Position numbers and translations under genes: made by a program
From: Verrucomicrobiia bacterium
GTDB lineage: Bacteria > Verrucomicrobiota > Verrucomicrobiia > Limisphaerales > UBA11358
Reading direction: 5' to 3'
DNA: 64,000 nt
NCBI GenBank assembly: GCA_035545995.1
Contig: DASZXH010000081.1
Span: forward strand, 582-64,581
Part shown: piece by piece, positions 30,810 to 40,430 of the stretch
How the letters are laid out: the number at the start of each line of letters is the position of its first letter
Numbering within the stretch: position 1 is the stretch's first letter
The notes under the pieces: generated by a model
The model's input: only the letters and a program-made list of their open reading frames with translations
What the model was told of the DNA's origin: nothing
Database searches by the model: none

Positions 30810-32357
30810 ATGAAAAAATCTCAATTAATTGCCACAGGCTCACTAAATCGGATGCTACAAACAGCTGAAGAGGCGTGGCACAGAAAAGATTTCCAAGAAT
30901 GCCTTGATATGCTAGAACGCGCCAGCCGGCTTGCGCCTTCCAACATTAATATCCTTCTTCAACTGGGCCGCATTCATGGTTTGCGTTACAACTTTTCTGC
31001 GGCTGAACAATGTTTTGAAAAAGTACTCCGTTTCACGGTTAAAAAAACAGAAGCACTTATAGCCATCGCAGACCATTGTCAAAATTTTCAAAATTCAACC
31101 ATTGCAGAAAATTATTTGAAGCAAGCTCTTAAGCAACCGGATGCGACATCCAATACATACGTCAAGCTTGCAGAACTTTATGAACGCCTCCGCCGATTGC
31201 CCGAAGCTTCGCAGTTAATTGAGCAAGCACTCGAATTGGACCCAACCCATCCAGCGACATTGCTGACCTATGCCCGATTAGAACGGCTGGCAGGAAAATT
31301 TGAGTCAGCCGAACGGATTTTACGTTCATTTATTTTTAAGCCATCCGCTGATGTTTGGACTCATGCCCGTGCTTATTATGAACTGGGAAATATTTTAGAT
31401 CGCCAAAAAAGGTATGACGAAGCCATGTCGGCGTTTCTTGAAGCCAAAACGCTCATGCGACCACAAGCAGCGAAACATCTGATTGAATTAAAGACGCTTC
31501 GCGAACGACTGAAGGTAATGGAAACAAACGTTTCATCAGAAATGTTAAAACGTTGGTTCGATGAAGCGCCAAATCTTTTTCCTTCCCGACGGCTGTCCCT
31601 GTTATGTGGTCATGCCCGCTCCGGCACCACTTTATTGGAGCAAGTTTTGGACTCGCATTCTGATATCATCTCAGCGGAGGAGACCACTATCTTTGTTGAA
31701 GATGCTTTTGCCCCGCTAAAGCGCAATCTACCACCAGATGCTTACATGCTGCCCGTTTTAGAAGCGGCTCAAATTTCCGATTTAAAACAAGCGCGCACAT
31801 CTTATTTCCATTCGATGGAATTGTCTTTGGGAAACATTATCGGCGGTCGATTACTACTCGACAAGAACCCCGTGCTTACATTTATGATTCCAGCCTTTAT
31901 CCGTGTTTTTCCTGAAACCAAATTTCTGATTGCTTTACGCGACCCTCGTGACGTGGTTCTAAGTTGTTTTATGCAACCACAACCGCTTAATCCGGTGACA
32001 GCGGCCTACTTAACTTTGGAAGGGACAGTTGATGATTATATCGCCAATATGAGCCTGTGGCGAACATTCGCACCGTTGATGCCAGTGCCTTATCTTGAGA
32101 TTAAGTATGAAGGCATGGTGGAAAACTTGGAATCCGTGGCACGTAAAACTTTAACTTTCCTCGGCGTCTCCTGGGAAGCGAAGGTGTTAGGATTTAATGA
32201 ACATGCCAGAAATAAATTGGTGCGTTCCCCCACTTATGCTGACGTCACCCAGCCTATTTATAAACGCGCATTGGGCAGATGGCAACATTATCAAAAGTAT
32301 TTGGAACCACATCTTATCAAACTACAATCTTTCATTAAAGTGTTTGGTTATGAATAA
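30810..32357 (+). CDS. TPR-containing sulfotransferase, paralog 2
   Basis: GHARSGTTLLEQVL; RDPRDVVLSCF; VRSPTYADVTQP shared with paralog 1. Confidence 0.92.
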   Translation: MKKSQLIATGSLNRMLQTAEEAWHRKDFQECLDMLERASRLAPSNINILLQLGRIHGLRYNFSAAEQCFEKVLRFTVKKTEALIAIADHCQNFQNSTIAENYLKQALKQPDATSNTYVKLAELYERLRRLPEASQLIEQALELDPTHPATLLTYARLERLAGKFESAERILRSFIFKPSADVWTHARAYYELGNILDRQKRYDEAMSAFLEAKTLMRPQAAKHLIELKTLRERLKVMETNVSSEMLKRWFDEAPNLFPSRRLSLLCGHARSGTTLLEQVLDSHSDIISAEETTIFVEDAFAPLKRNLPPDAYMLPVLEAAQISDLKQARTSYFHSMELSLGNIIGGRLLLDKNPVLTFMIPAFIRVFPETKFLIALRDPRDVVLSCFMQPQPLNPVTAAYLTLEGTVDDYIANMSLWRTFAPLMPVPYLEIKYEGMVENLESVARKTLTFLGVSWEAKVLGFNEHARNKLVRSPTYADVTQPIYKRALGRWQHYQKYLEPHLIKLQSFIKVFGYE

Positions 32358-32363
32358 AAAACG

Positions 32364-32387
32364 AAAGCCGCTCCGAAGAGCGGCTTT
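32364..32387. terminator. Bidirectional terminator (duplicated at 34549-34572)
   Basis: aaagccgctc-cgaa-gagcggcttt. Confidence 0.8.
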
Positions 32388-32417
32388 CCTGGTGAAAACA
32401 AAAACAATCAAACAACT

Positions 32418-33017
32418 TTATGCCTGTTTGCGGCGATACGCCACAAGGGCTGCCAAACCACCTAAGCCGGCTAAAGCCAACGTGGTAGGTTCAGGAACAA
32501 CTTGGAACACAGAAAATGGCACCAAATTATTCAACTGGTTAGCATTTGGTAACGTCGTTCCAGTTGCCAGAGTCGCCGTAAACGCCGCCGAATGCCCACT
32601 ATAGGTACTACTTGCATAATCGGCACCATTAAAGGCAACTATCTCAAAATACAAAACCTGTCCTACAGCTTGCGATATATTCAAGTTAGGGCCGCTGACA
32701 TAACCTATTCCACCTGGACCAGCCGCATTCCCAGTGTCGAACAGAGCAGTTGAACCAACCGTCCAACCGTCAGTCAACGGACTACCAGCCGTTCCAGCCG
32801 TAGTTGCAGCATCATTAATGGGTGTTGCCGACCAAAGCAACTCGCCAGTAAATGTGCTGTCCAAGCCTTGGCCAGCCAAAGGACCATTACCATAGGTAGT
32901 TAAAATTCCAGCAAAGTTTTGAGCATTATATGTGTCAAAAGCAATACTGCCCTGACCATACGATGAAACAACCATGCCAGCCACACCCAACGCTGCTATG
33001 ATTACTGTTTTTTTCAT
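32418..33017 (-). CDS. PEP-CTERM surface protein, copy 1
   Basis: Signal peptide; C-terminal VPEPTTLALAGLGGLAALVAYRRKQA. Confidence 0.93.
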   Translation of the reverse strand: MKKTVIIAALGVAGMVVSSYGQGSIAFDTYNAQNFAGILTTYGNGPLAGQGLDSTFTGELLWSATPINDAATTAGTAGSPLTDGWTVGSTALFDTGNAAGPGGIGYVSGPNLNISQAVGQVLYFEIVAFNGADYASSTYSGHSAAFTATLATGTTLPNANQLNNLVPFSVFQVVPEPTTLALAGLGGLAALVAYRRKQA

Positions 33018-33079
33018 ATTTTAATTATTGTTGTTGTTTTTGCTTTTCAGATTTTATTTTAATTATCTTAGTCAAATGA

Positions 33080-33736
33080 TTATGGGTTCAAAGTTTGCAC
33101 CCAATTCGATCCGGAAACTGGAGTATTAATAAAAAACCCTTGGCCAACAGATATGTTGAAACTGCCACCCCACCCGCTACCACTTTTTCCAACCGCAGTA
33201 TTATATTGCTGACTTCCAGTATTCCACGAAATCAACTGACTTTTATTAGCTAAACTACCGCCTAAATTAATATTCGTGTCTGTTGTAGCATCACCAGTAT
33301 ATGGAACAGGACTACCAACTGCCGAAAAACCCGAAGCAATAGAATTGGTAATGCTTGAGCTGGAGGCAACCACAACACTTCCAACAAACGTGTTGGTCAC
33401 TGGTGTCGGGCTGCTATTTAAAACAAAAAAGCCTTCACCGGGTGGCAGAGCAACACTTGAAGCCCATCCACCGGTAACTTTTCCAATACCAGTATTAAAC
33501 GAAGTGCCGTTCCATGTAACCACTTGGGATTTATTCGCAAACGCTCCAGTTAAAACGTTGGTAAGCTGATTACCATTGCCGTCATCAAACGGATTTGCCA
33601 TCAACGTATAACCGTTACCGACAGCCACGACATTGGCATAGCCGACGACATTTTGGGAATAGACGTTTTGAGCCTGGGAGGAAACAATTCCGGCGGCGCT
33701 CAAACCCGCAGTCAGAAGTAGTGCTTTCGTTCTCCT
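33080..33736 (-). pseudogene. Secreted 'NVYSQNVVGY' protein, copy 1: frame intact but ATG and promoter -10 deleted
   Basis: Paralog of 35206-35862; ATG AGA ACG reads AGG AGA ACG here; 46 nt replaced by 4 nt. Confidence 0.7.
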
Positions 33737-33877
33737 AAATTCAACCCCCTGTCAACAACTTTTTTCAGGTTTTAGCCACACAAATTACGTTAGGTTTGGC
33801 AAATTCAGACTTCCCGCCTTGCCACACACTATCTCTGCGCCAATATCATCATGTCCATTGACTCAAAAACAGTATTT

Positions 33878-34285
33878 TTAATGAGTTGCTTCCGGGAAAT
33901 TGCAAGGAATGACTTGATTACCGTGTTTACGATAAACTGTAAAATCCTCACGATCAAGGGTGAAAATTACAGCCGAATCATCAAGTTCGGACATACACAC
34001 CAAACAGGCATCGGCCAAGTCCATTTTGTAATCTTGATATTTGCCAAGCAGTTCCAAAAGGCGCTTTGCTTCCGCTTCGGCGGCGAAACTCACCCGCACA
34101 TCGCCGTAAGAAACCAATTGCATCACTTTTTGCGGCGCACGGCTTAAATGGGCTGTTTCTGTCAACACCGCTTCGCAAGTTGCCCATGGCGCATACTGGG
34201 GAAATACCGTGGCCGCCCAGCGATGATAAGGGTCATTGCGGTCCAAAAGCGCTTTTAGCAAGCCGGTATCCGCTACCGCTTGCAT
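33878..34285 (-). CDS. PIN-domain (VapC-like) toxin
   Basis: VADTGLLKALLDRNDPYH, TCEAVLTE, MDLADACLV, IFTLDREDF. Confidence 0.9.
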   Translation of the reverse strand: MQAVADTGLLKALLDRNDPYHRWAATVFPQYAPWATCEAVLTETAHLSRAPQKVMQLVSYGDVRVSFAAEAEAKRLLELLGKYQDYKMDLADACLVCMSELDDSAVIFTLDREDFTVYRKHGNQVIPCNFPEATH

Positions 34286-34482
34286 TGCATGACCTCTTTT
34301 ACCCGTTCGTTGGTTGCCGGAATACCGTCACCGCTTACGCTGCCAATCAAATCCGCCGAAGCAAATCTGTACGGTTTGGTTTGCAATTCGAGCGGCTCAA
34401 CACGAACTTTTGTACCGTCAGCCAAATTGGCGTCAGAAGGCAATTTGACGAGTCCGTGTTCAACTGTTCCCATGTAACTCAT
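34273..34482 (-). CDS. Probable antitoxin (AbrB/AF2212-like N-terminus)
   Basis: MSYMGTVEHGLVKLPSDANLADGTKVRVEP; overlaps the PIN start. Confidence 0.75.
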   Translation of the reverse strand: MSYMGTVEHGLVKLPSDANLADGTKVRVEPLELQTKPYRFASADLIGSVSGDGIPATNERVKEVMQCKR

Positions 34483-34602
34483 ATTTTGAAAATATCGTTG
34501 CTGCCCATGTAAAAAGCAAATCCTTTCCATGTTTTATGAATAAAAGCGAAAGCCGCTCTGAAGAGCGGCTTTCCTGGTGAAAACAAAAACAATCAAACAA
34601 TT

Positions 34603-35178
34603 TTAAGCCTGTTTGCGGCGATACGCCACAAGCGCGGCCAAACCACCAAGGCCGGCTAAAGCCAATGTGGCAGGTTCAGGAACAGGCTGCAAAACAAGAG
34701 CCGAAATCAAACCCGATCCTCCATTTGCCGGATTTCCATCTGCGACCCACGCCTGCACTGTTCCAGTGGCTAACGGCATACTAAATGATGCAGTATGTCC
34801 ATATGCGGTTCCCGCTCCATAAGAAGCGCCATTAAACGCAATTATTTCAAAATATACCAAACCACTCGTATAGCTCGGCAATACCAAGTTTGGGCCTTGG
34901 ATATAACCTGCAATTACGCCCGGCTGATCGAAAAGCGCTGTTGACCCAACTGTCCACCCCTGACTTAAAGGACCAGCACCGGCAGTATCATTAATCGGAG
35001 TTAATGAATAAAGCAGCTCTCCGGTAAATGTTCCGTCAAGCGGCACTCCATTAAAAGTTGACAAAATACCATTGCTATTATTAGCAGTATAGGTATTAAA
35101 CTGAATTGACCCTTGACCGCGCGATGAAAGAACACCGACAGCCAAGCCAAGCACTCCAAGTATCAACGTTTTTTTCAT
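34603..35178 (-). CDS. PEP-CTERM surface protein, copy 2
   Basis: Signal peptide; C-terminal VPEPATLALAGLGGLAALVAYRRKQA. Confidence 0.93.
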   Translation of the reverse strand: MKKTLILGVLGLAVGVLSSRGQGSIQFNTYTANNSNGILSTFNGVPLDGTFTGELLYSLTPINDTAGAGPLSQGWTVGSTALFDQPGVIAGYIQGPNLVLPSYTSGLVYFEIIAFNGASYGAGTAYGHTASFSMPLATGTVQAWVADGNPANGGSGLISALVLQPVPEPATLALAGLGGLAALVAYRRKQA

Positions 35179-35205
35179 ATTATTTCTTATTGTTTTTGTT
35201 TTTGG

Positions 35206-35862
35206 TTATTGCAAAGATTGAGTCCAATTAGTCCCAGATTGAGCCTTGATAAAAAAGCCTTCGCCCACTGAAATATTGAAAGCCGATCCCCAAACACCAC
35301 CACCTTTTTGAACCGGCGTGTCATAAACCTGACCAGCAGTATTCCATGAAATCAACTGGCTTTTATTCGGCAAAACACCGCCCAAGTTAATGTTGGTATC
35401 GCTAGTTGCATCCCCAGTATAAGGCACATAGCTGCCAGCCAGACTAAACCCAGTTGGAATCGAATTTGTCGCACTCGACCCCGAGCTCACAACAACACTT
35501 CCAACAAAGGTGTTGGTAACATCAGGATTGCCCGCTATTCCGTTTTTTACAAAAAAACCAGTTCCAGGAGGCAGGCTTATGCTGCTACCCCAAACACCAC
35601 CACCCTTTTGAATCGGAGTATCAAACGTTGTGCCATTCCAAGTAATGACTTGAGACTTATTCGGAAGAGACCCAACAAGATTCGTCAGCTGATTTCCATT
35701 GCCATCATCGAAGGGATTGGCAATCAGCGTATATTCGCCATTGCCTTTAATGATGACATTGGCATAGCCGACGACATTTTGGGAATAGACGTTTTGAGCC
35801 TGGGAGGAAACAATTCCGGCGGCGCTCAAACCCGCAGTCAGAAGTAGTGCTTTCGTTCTCAT
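35206..35862 (-). CDS. Secreted 'NVYSQNVVGY' protein, copy 2, with two internal repeats
   Basis: MRTKALLLTAGLSAAGIVSSQAQ signal; LPNKSQ..W..QKGGGVWGS..GFF occurs twice. Confidence 0.88.
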   Translation of the reverse strand: MRTKALLLTAGLSAAGIVSSQAQNVYSQNVVGYANVIIKGNGEYTLIANPFDDGNGNQLTNLVGSLPNKSQVITWNGTTFDTPIQKGGGVWGSSISLPPGTGFFVKNGIAGNPDVTNTFVGSVVVSSGSSATNSIPTGFSLAGSYVPYTGDATSDTNINLGGVLPNKSQLISWNTAGQVYDTPVQKGGGVWGSAFNISVGEGFFIKAQSGTNWTQSLQ

Positions 35863-35894
35863 ATTTTTTATTTAGTGTTACCGTGTGTGCCTCA

Positions 35895-35923
35895 AATATC
35901 TCAATGATTCAACCCCCTGTCAA
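35895..35923 (-). promoter_or_regulatory. Sigma-70-like promoter of cassette copy 2
   Basis: Minus strand TTGACA-17 nt-GATATT with an extended TG, about 32 nt upstream of the ATG. Confidence 0.6.
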
Positions 35924-36004
35924 CAACTTTTTTCAGGTTTTAGCCACACAAATTACGTTAGGTTTTAAGCAATTACCTCTGGAAAATTAGAAAAAAGGCA
36001 GAAA

Positions 36005-37573
36005 TCACAAACCGCTTGGAAATTGAGGCGATTCCAGCCAATCGATCAAAATCTGCAATTCCAACGCGGTAAATCCCAAAGTGGAGCGGCGCAGCAACGA
36101 TAATTCATTGGTATTGGTCAAAGTGGCTACAGTCGTAGAAGCATCGAGGCGGGGCATAATCGTATTCAACCAAACTGCGCCAACTGAATTCAATGGAAGT
36201 TGAGGCTGGCGCGAGATTTGACGAATAAATTGGCCGAGATAGAGGGTGGATTGGACGCGCGGTGCGCTGACTTCCCAATCATAATAAAGCAGATTCGTCC
36301 GGCTGGTCACGTCGTGAATCATGCCCTGCGACGGCGGCGCGGCGTTGGCAACCGTATCAGGAAGCAGGCCGGCAAAAAACCATCCGGTATTGTCTGTTTT
36401 TATGAACGGCAGAATGGAAGGGTCACTTCCCCATTTCACTCCATTGGCATCCGGCAATTTTTCAAAACCAACATAACCATGTGCTGCCAGCCAGGGATTT
36501 GATTTTTGTAACAATACACTTGTGAGGCTTTGCATCTGGTTTTCGGCGTTTGCCATCGGTGCGGCCAAATAAGTTTGATAAGGACTGCCTTGCAATGACC
36601 AAAGATAAATCTGATTTGGCGGATTGATTTGAAGTTCATTCCAGCATCTCATGGATACCAACCATGATTTAATGCCGCGAATAGCTGTAAAGCCGATTAA
36701 CGGCTCGTGCATCAAATGAACGGGTATGTTCCAGGGTTCCATTTCAACCTCAAGCGGCTTTGGGAACACGGCCTTGCCACGCGTGAAAACGCTGCCACCA
36801 TCGCCGTTCATTGTGAACGAAATACGCGGAGAGTTTTCAGGAAGGCCCCAATCTATTGAAAATGCTTTGGCAGCACGCTGCAAATCAATATCCGCCTCCA
36901 GCCAATTGGCATTGGTCGTTTTTTGACCGGAAAATGGAACTTGAAATTGCCGAATGCACGCGCCGGCTTCATTCAGCAGGTCGCTTTTCCCGTCAGACCA
37001 ACCGATAACTGTCCAATTATTTATTCGCGCGAGCTTGATTTTATTGGTTTCACCGTGATTTTGAACTGTCCAGGCATCGTCGGCATTTTCAACAATATGA
37101 ATGCCGGGCAACGCGTGCAGGACGGCCGGAAAATTCGTTTGCCAATAGCGAGCCTGCTCTTCACCAAGTCGTATGGCAAAAATCATTTGTTTCGACTGAT
37201 TGGTCAGTTGCCGGATTTCAAAATATGATTCTTCCTGAACAATATCGTTTAACAACGGTCGTAGCCGCAGCGCATTGGTGGCAATAATATCATTGGATAA
37301 GGACAGCCATGGAGCGACGGCCAGTTTATTCAGTGTTTGCGTTTCCAACCGCGCGCTCTGGGGTAATTGCCAGATGCGGGTGAAATAATAGGCGCTCGCC
37401 ATGATTCCCAACCGTTTTTTTCCCAACCAATGAACTCGGGCAATGGTGTCGGGTGACGAGACGGCGGGTATTGATAACAACGGCGGCAAATCAGAATTTG
37501 ATTTGTTACAACCCAGAGCAAATACGAGAAGAAAAAGAGCTATCAATCCTGTAAAAACACGCCTGATTTGCAT
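36005..37573 (-). CDS. Hypothetical lipoprotein
   Basis: MQIRRVFTGLIALFLLVFALGC lipobox; long ORF. Confidence 0.75.
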   Translation of the reverse strand: MQIRRVFTGLIALFLLVFALGCNKSNSDLPPLLSIPAVSSPDTIARVHWLGKKRLGIMASAYYFTRIWQLPQSARLETQTLNKLAVAPWLSLSNDIIATNALRLRPLLNDIVQEESYFEIRQLTNQSKQMIFAIRLGEEQARYWQTNFPAVLHALPGIHIVENADDAWTVQNHGETNKIKLARINNWTVIGWSDGKSDLLNEAGACIRQFQVPFSGQKTTNANWLEADIDLQRAAKAFSIDWGLPENSPRISFTMNGDGGSVFTRGKAVFPKPLEVEMEPWNIPVHLMHEPLIGFTAIRGIKSWLVSMRCWNELQINPPNQIYLWSLQGSPYQTYLAAPMANAENQMQSLTSVLLQKSNPWLAAHGYVGFEKLPDANGVKWGSDPSILPFIKTDNTGWFFAGLLPDTVANAAPPSQGMIHDVTSRTNLLYYDWEVSAPRVQSTLYLGQFIRQISRQPQLPLNSVGAVWLNTIMPRLDASTTVATLTNTNELSLLRRSTLGFTALELQILIDWLESPQFPSGL

Positions 37574-37691
37574 GGCTGATTTAATGCCAGAAAACCTTTT
37601 AGCTCTCAAACATAATCAATTGCTTATCGGAAGGTAGCATTTTTTAATTTGTCAACTTGCGGGTGCGTTATGAGGTCACTACGCTTACGGC

Positions 37692-40430
37692 ATGCAATCA
37701 ACAAATCGCGCGCGGATGGTTCTATTTTTGTTCTTTTTTTCCGGCGCAACGGCGCTTGTCTATGAGGTTGTTTGGTCAAAACTGCTGGCTCAAATGCTTG
37801 GCAGCACCATTTACGCACAGACAGTCGTGCTGGCCGCATTCATGGGCGGGTTGGCGCTGGGAAATCGTTTATTTGGCCAGCGATCTGACCGCTGGCCGCA
37901 TCCGGTTCGGGCTTACGGTTGCCTTGAAATCATTATCGGCATCTACGCTTTTTTGTTTTTGACATTGAATCAACTGGCGGATCGAATCTTCGTCGCTGTC
38001 GGTTCGCACATTGTAGAACGTTCCGGTTTGCTTTTAATTCTTAAGGCCACGTTGAGCGCGGCCATTCTACTTGGGCCAACGATTTTGATGGGCGGCACGT
38101 TGCCGCTACTCGCTGCTTGGTTGCAAAAATCTTCTTCCGATGCCGGTCGTCGCTCGGCGCGATTTTACTCGGTGAACAGTCTTGGTGCGGTCGCAGGTGC
38201 CGCAGCGGCGGGATTTTTTCTTGTGCAAAATTTTGGCATGGCCAGAACTTTACAAATCACTGCTACAATTAATATTGTTGTCGGCATTCTTGCTATTCTC
38301 ATCAGCCAAGATGTTTCTGCACGTACAGAACAACTCGAAAGCACAACTTTAGAATCAACAACGGAAATTGTTCCACCGGAAATGCTGCGCTGGGCCGGTT
38401 TAATTGTTGCCGTGACAGGTGGTGTTTCCATGGGATTGGAAGTTTTGGCATCACGTTCATTGGCTCTGATTTTTGGTTCGTCGCTTCAATCATTTGCCGT
38501 TGTATTGATCGCTTTCATTTTGGGTATTGGATTGGGCAGCGCATGGATTGCGTCGCCAAGACGACGTAAATGGCTGGGAGAACGAATAGTCGCTTTATTG
38601 CTTTGCACAGCGGCGGCCTGGATAACATTGCTGGTTTTCAACATCGAACAATGGGTTGATTTTTATCGAGTTGCGCGCACCGGCTTAGGTCGCACGCCGG
38701 TCGGCTATGTTTATCATGAATTATTGACAGTGGGAATTGCTTTGATCGTCCTTGGCCTGCCAGCGGCATGGATTGGCGCAGTGTTGCCACTGATGATTCG
38801 TTCCATGTCGCGTGAAGGAAAACTGCTGGGTGCAAAAGTGGGAGCTTTACTGACGTGGAATACGCTGGGCGCCGTTTTGGGAACGTTGCTGACGGGTTTT
38901 GTATTGATGCCGGTTTTGGGACTGCGCAATGCCTTTGGGATGTTGGCATTAATATTGGGACTGTCGGCATTCATCATAGCATTAAAACGCCGTTGGCTTG
39001 CAGGCTTGGTAATCACACTCGGCGCTTGTGGATTTATCGGTTGTCTTCTGATTTTCGGCGGCGAAAACTGGCAATATGTTATGAGTTCAGGAATTTTCCG
39101 GGTTTGGGAAACAAAGTATGAGCCATCGTTGATGGCATTACGCAAACAACATATTAAAATTTTATTTTACAAGGATGCGCCGGATGCAACTGTATCCGTG
39201 GAAAAAACCGACGCCGTCGCTGGTCGCCCATTTATCGGATTACGAATCAATGGAAAGCCTGATGCCGGAACCGATGTTGATATTGGCAATCAATTGTTGC
39301 TGGCCCATTTGCCAATGCTGGCAAAGCCGGGTGCCAAAGATGTTTTTGTGCTTGGTCTTGCCTCAGGCATGACCGCCGGCGCATTACTGGCGTATCCCAT
39401 TAATCGTGTTGATGTGGCTGAAAATTGTGACGCTGTCATTGATGCCTCCAAAATATTTAGCGATTGGAACCATTATGTTCTTGATGATCCGCGCACACAC
39501 CTTTGGTATGAAGATGCGCGCACTGTCCTTAAACTACGCCCGCAACTTTACGACGTCATCATAACAGAACCGTCAAACCCTTGGACTATCGGTGTAGGCA
39601 GTGTATTCAGCCGTGAATTTTATCAAACTGCGGCAAGCCGGCTTAAACCAGATGGGATCGTCGCACAATGGTTTCATATTTATGAAGTAAATGACGATAT
39701 TGTGCGTCTTGTATTGCACACTTTTAATTCTGTTTTTCCTTATATTGAAATTTGGGATACAGGCGTCGGTGATATTGTTATTCTCGGTTCCAAGCAGCCT
39801 TGGCAGACGGGACCAGAAGTTTTTCAAAAAGGATTCGCCATTGATCGAGTCCGAACAGATTTACACATGATTGACATTCAATCCCCGGAAGCGTTGCTCG
39901 CCCGCCAACTGGCTTCACAACGAACTGCATTTGCCATTGCAGGCAATGGACCGATTCAAAGCGACCTTTTCCCAATCCTTGAATATGCAGCACCGCAAGC
40001 TTTCTACATTGGCTCCAATTCTCAAATGCTTGACGAATACGACGAACGCACCCGGCAACAATTGCTGGCTCCGCCCGAAAAGCGCGCGACACTTGCTGCG
40101 CTGCCCGTGGTCAACGCACAGCTTATTTTTAGTGATTTTTCAACAGTAAACGGTGAACTTTTCAGTTGCCTGTTTGGCGCAACGCCACCGGCACCTTGTG
40201 TTTTTAATATTTCTCCATCGCCGTCAGCACCGATGTCTGATGGAAGTGTTGTGGCGCAAGCGGAAAAAGCGTTTGCCGCCGGCAATCTGGCAATGGCTGA
40301 ACAAATTGTCGCATTTGCGTTAAAGCAAAGTCCAACCGACTCTCAAGCCAGCTATTTGATGCGCGTGATTGAACGCGAGAAAGAAACACGCGCTTCAAAC
40401 AGTACCAATTCGGCACTTTCGCAAAATTAA
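37692..40430 (+). CDS. Fused MFS-like membrane domain / spermidine-synthase-like SAM-binding protein
   Basis: FFFSGATALVYEVVW, LMGGTLP, YSVNSLGA; VLGLASGMT, EDAR, YDVIITEPSNPW. Confidence 0.9.
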   Translation: MQSTNRARMVLFLFFFSGATALVYEVVWSKLLAQMLGSTIYAQTVVLAAFMGGLALGNRLFGQRSDRWPHPVRAYGCLEIIIGIYAFLFLTLNQLADRIFVAVGSHIVERSGLLLILKATLSAAILLGPTILMGGTLPLLAAWLQKSSSDAGRRSARFYSVNSLGAVAGAAAAGFFLVQNFGMARTLQITATINIVVGILAILISQDVSARTEQLESTTLESTTEIVPPEMLRWAGLIVAVTGGVSMGLEVLASRSLALIFGSSLQSFAVVLIAFILGIGLGSAWIASPRRRKWLGERIVALLLCTAAAWITLLVFNIEQWVDFYRVARTGLGRTPVGYVYHELLTVGIALIVLGLPAAWIGAVLPLMIRSMSREGKLLGAKVGALLTWNTLGAVLGTLLTGFVLMPVLGLRNAFGMLALILGLSAFIIALKRRWLAGLVITLGACGFIGCLLIFGGENWQYVMSSGIFRVWETKYEPSLMALRKQHIKILFYKDAPDATVSVEKTDAVAGRPFIGLRINGKPDAGTDVDIGNQLLLAHLPMLAKPGAKDVFVLGLASGMTAGALLAYPINRVDVAENCDAVIDASKIFSDWNHYVLDDPRTHLWYEDARTVLKLRPQLYDVIITEPSNPWTIGVGSVFSREFYQTAASRLKPDGIVAQWFHIYEVNDDIVRLVLHTFNSVFPYIEIWDTGVGDIVILGSKQPWQTGPEVFQKGFAIDRVRTDLHMIDIQSPEALLARQLASQRTAFAIAGNGPIQSDLFPILEYAAPQAFYIGSNSQMLDEYDERTRQQLLAPPEKRATLAALPVVNAQLIFSDFSTVNGELFSCLFGATPPAPCVFNISPSPSAPMSDGSVVAQAEKAFAAGNLAMAEQIVAFALKQSPTDSQASYLMRVIEREKETRASNSTNSALSQN

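Larger units (their letters stand above)
32348..33797 (-). repeat. Surface-protein cassette copy 1 (direct repeat of 34534-35965; conserved ends, divergent middle)
   Basis: 32348-32499 similar to 34534-34684; 33629-33734 identical to 35755-35860; 33739-33797 identical to 35907-35965. Confidence 0.9.
34534..35965 (-). repeat. Surface-protein cassette copy 2 (intact promoter and start)
   Basis: Blocks as listed for copy 1; begins with TTATGAATAA, the last codons of the sulfotransferase gene. Confidence 0.9.

Noticed and set aside
33766..33797. TTACGTTAGGT at the cassette repeat end as a dif site or the 25-bp site
   Set aside because: Only one arm matches, with no XerC arm or GATAGGC partner. 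Its position at the repeat boundary is noted but unsupported
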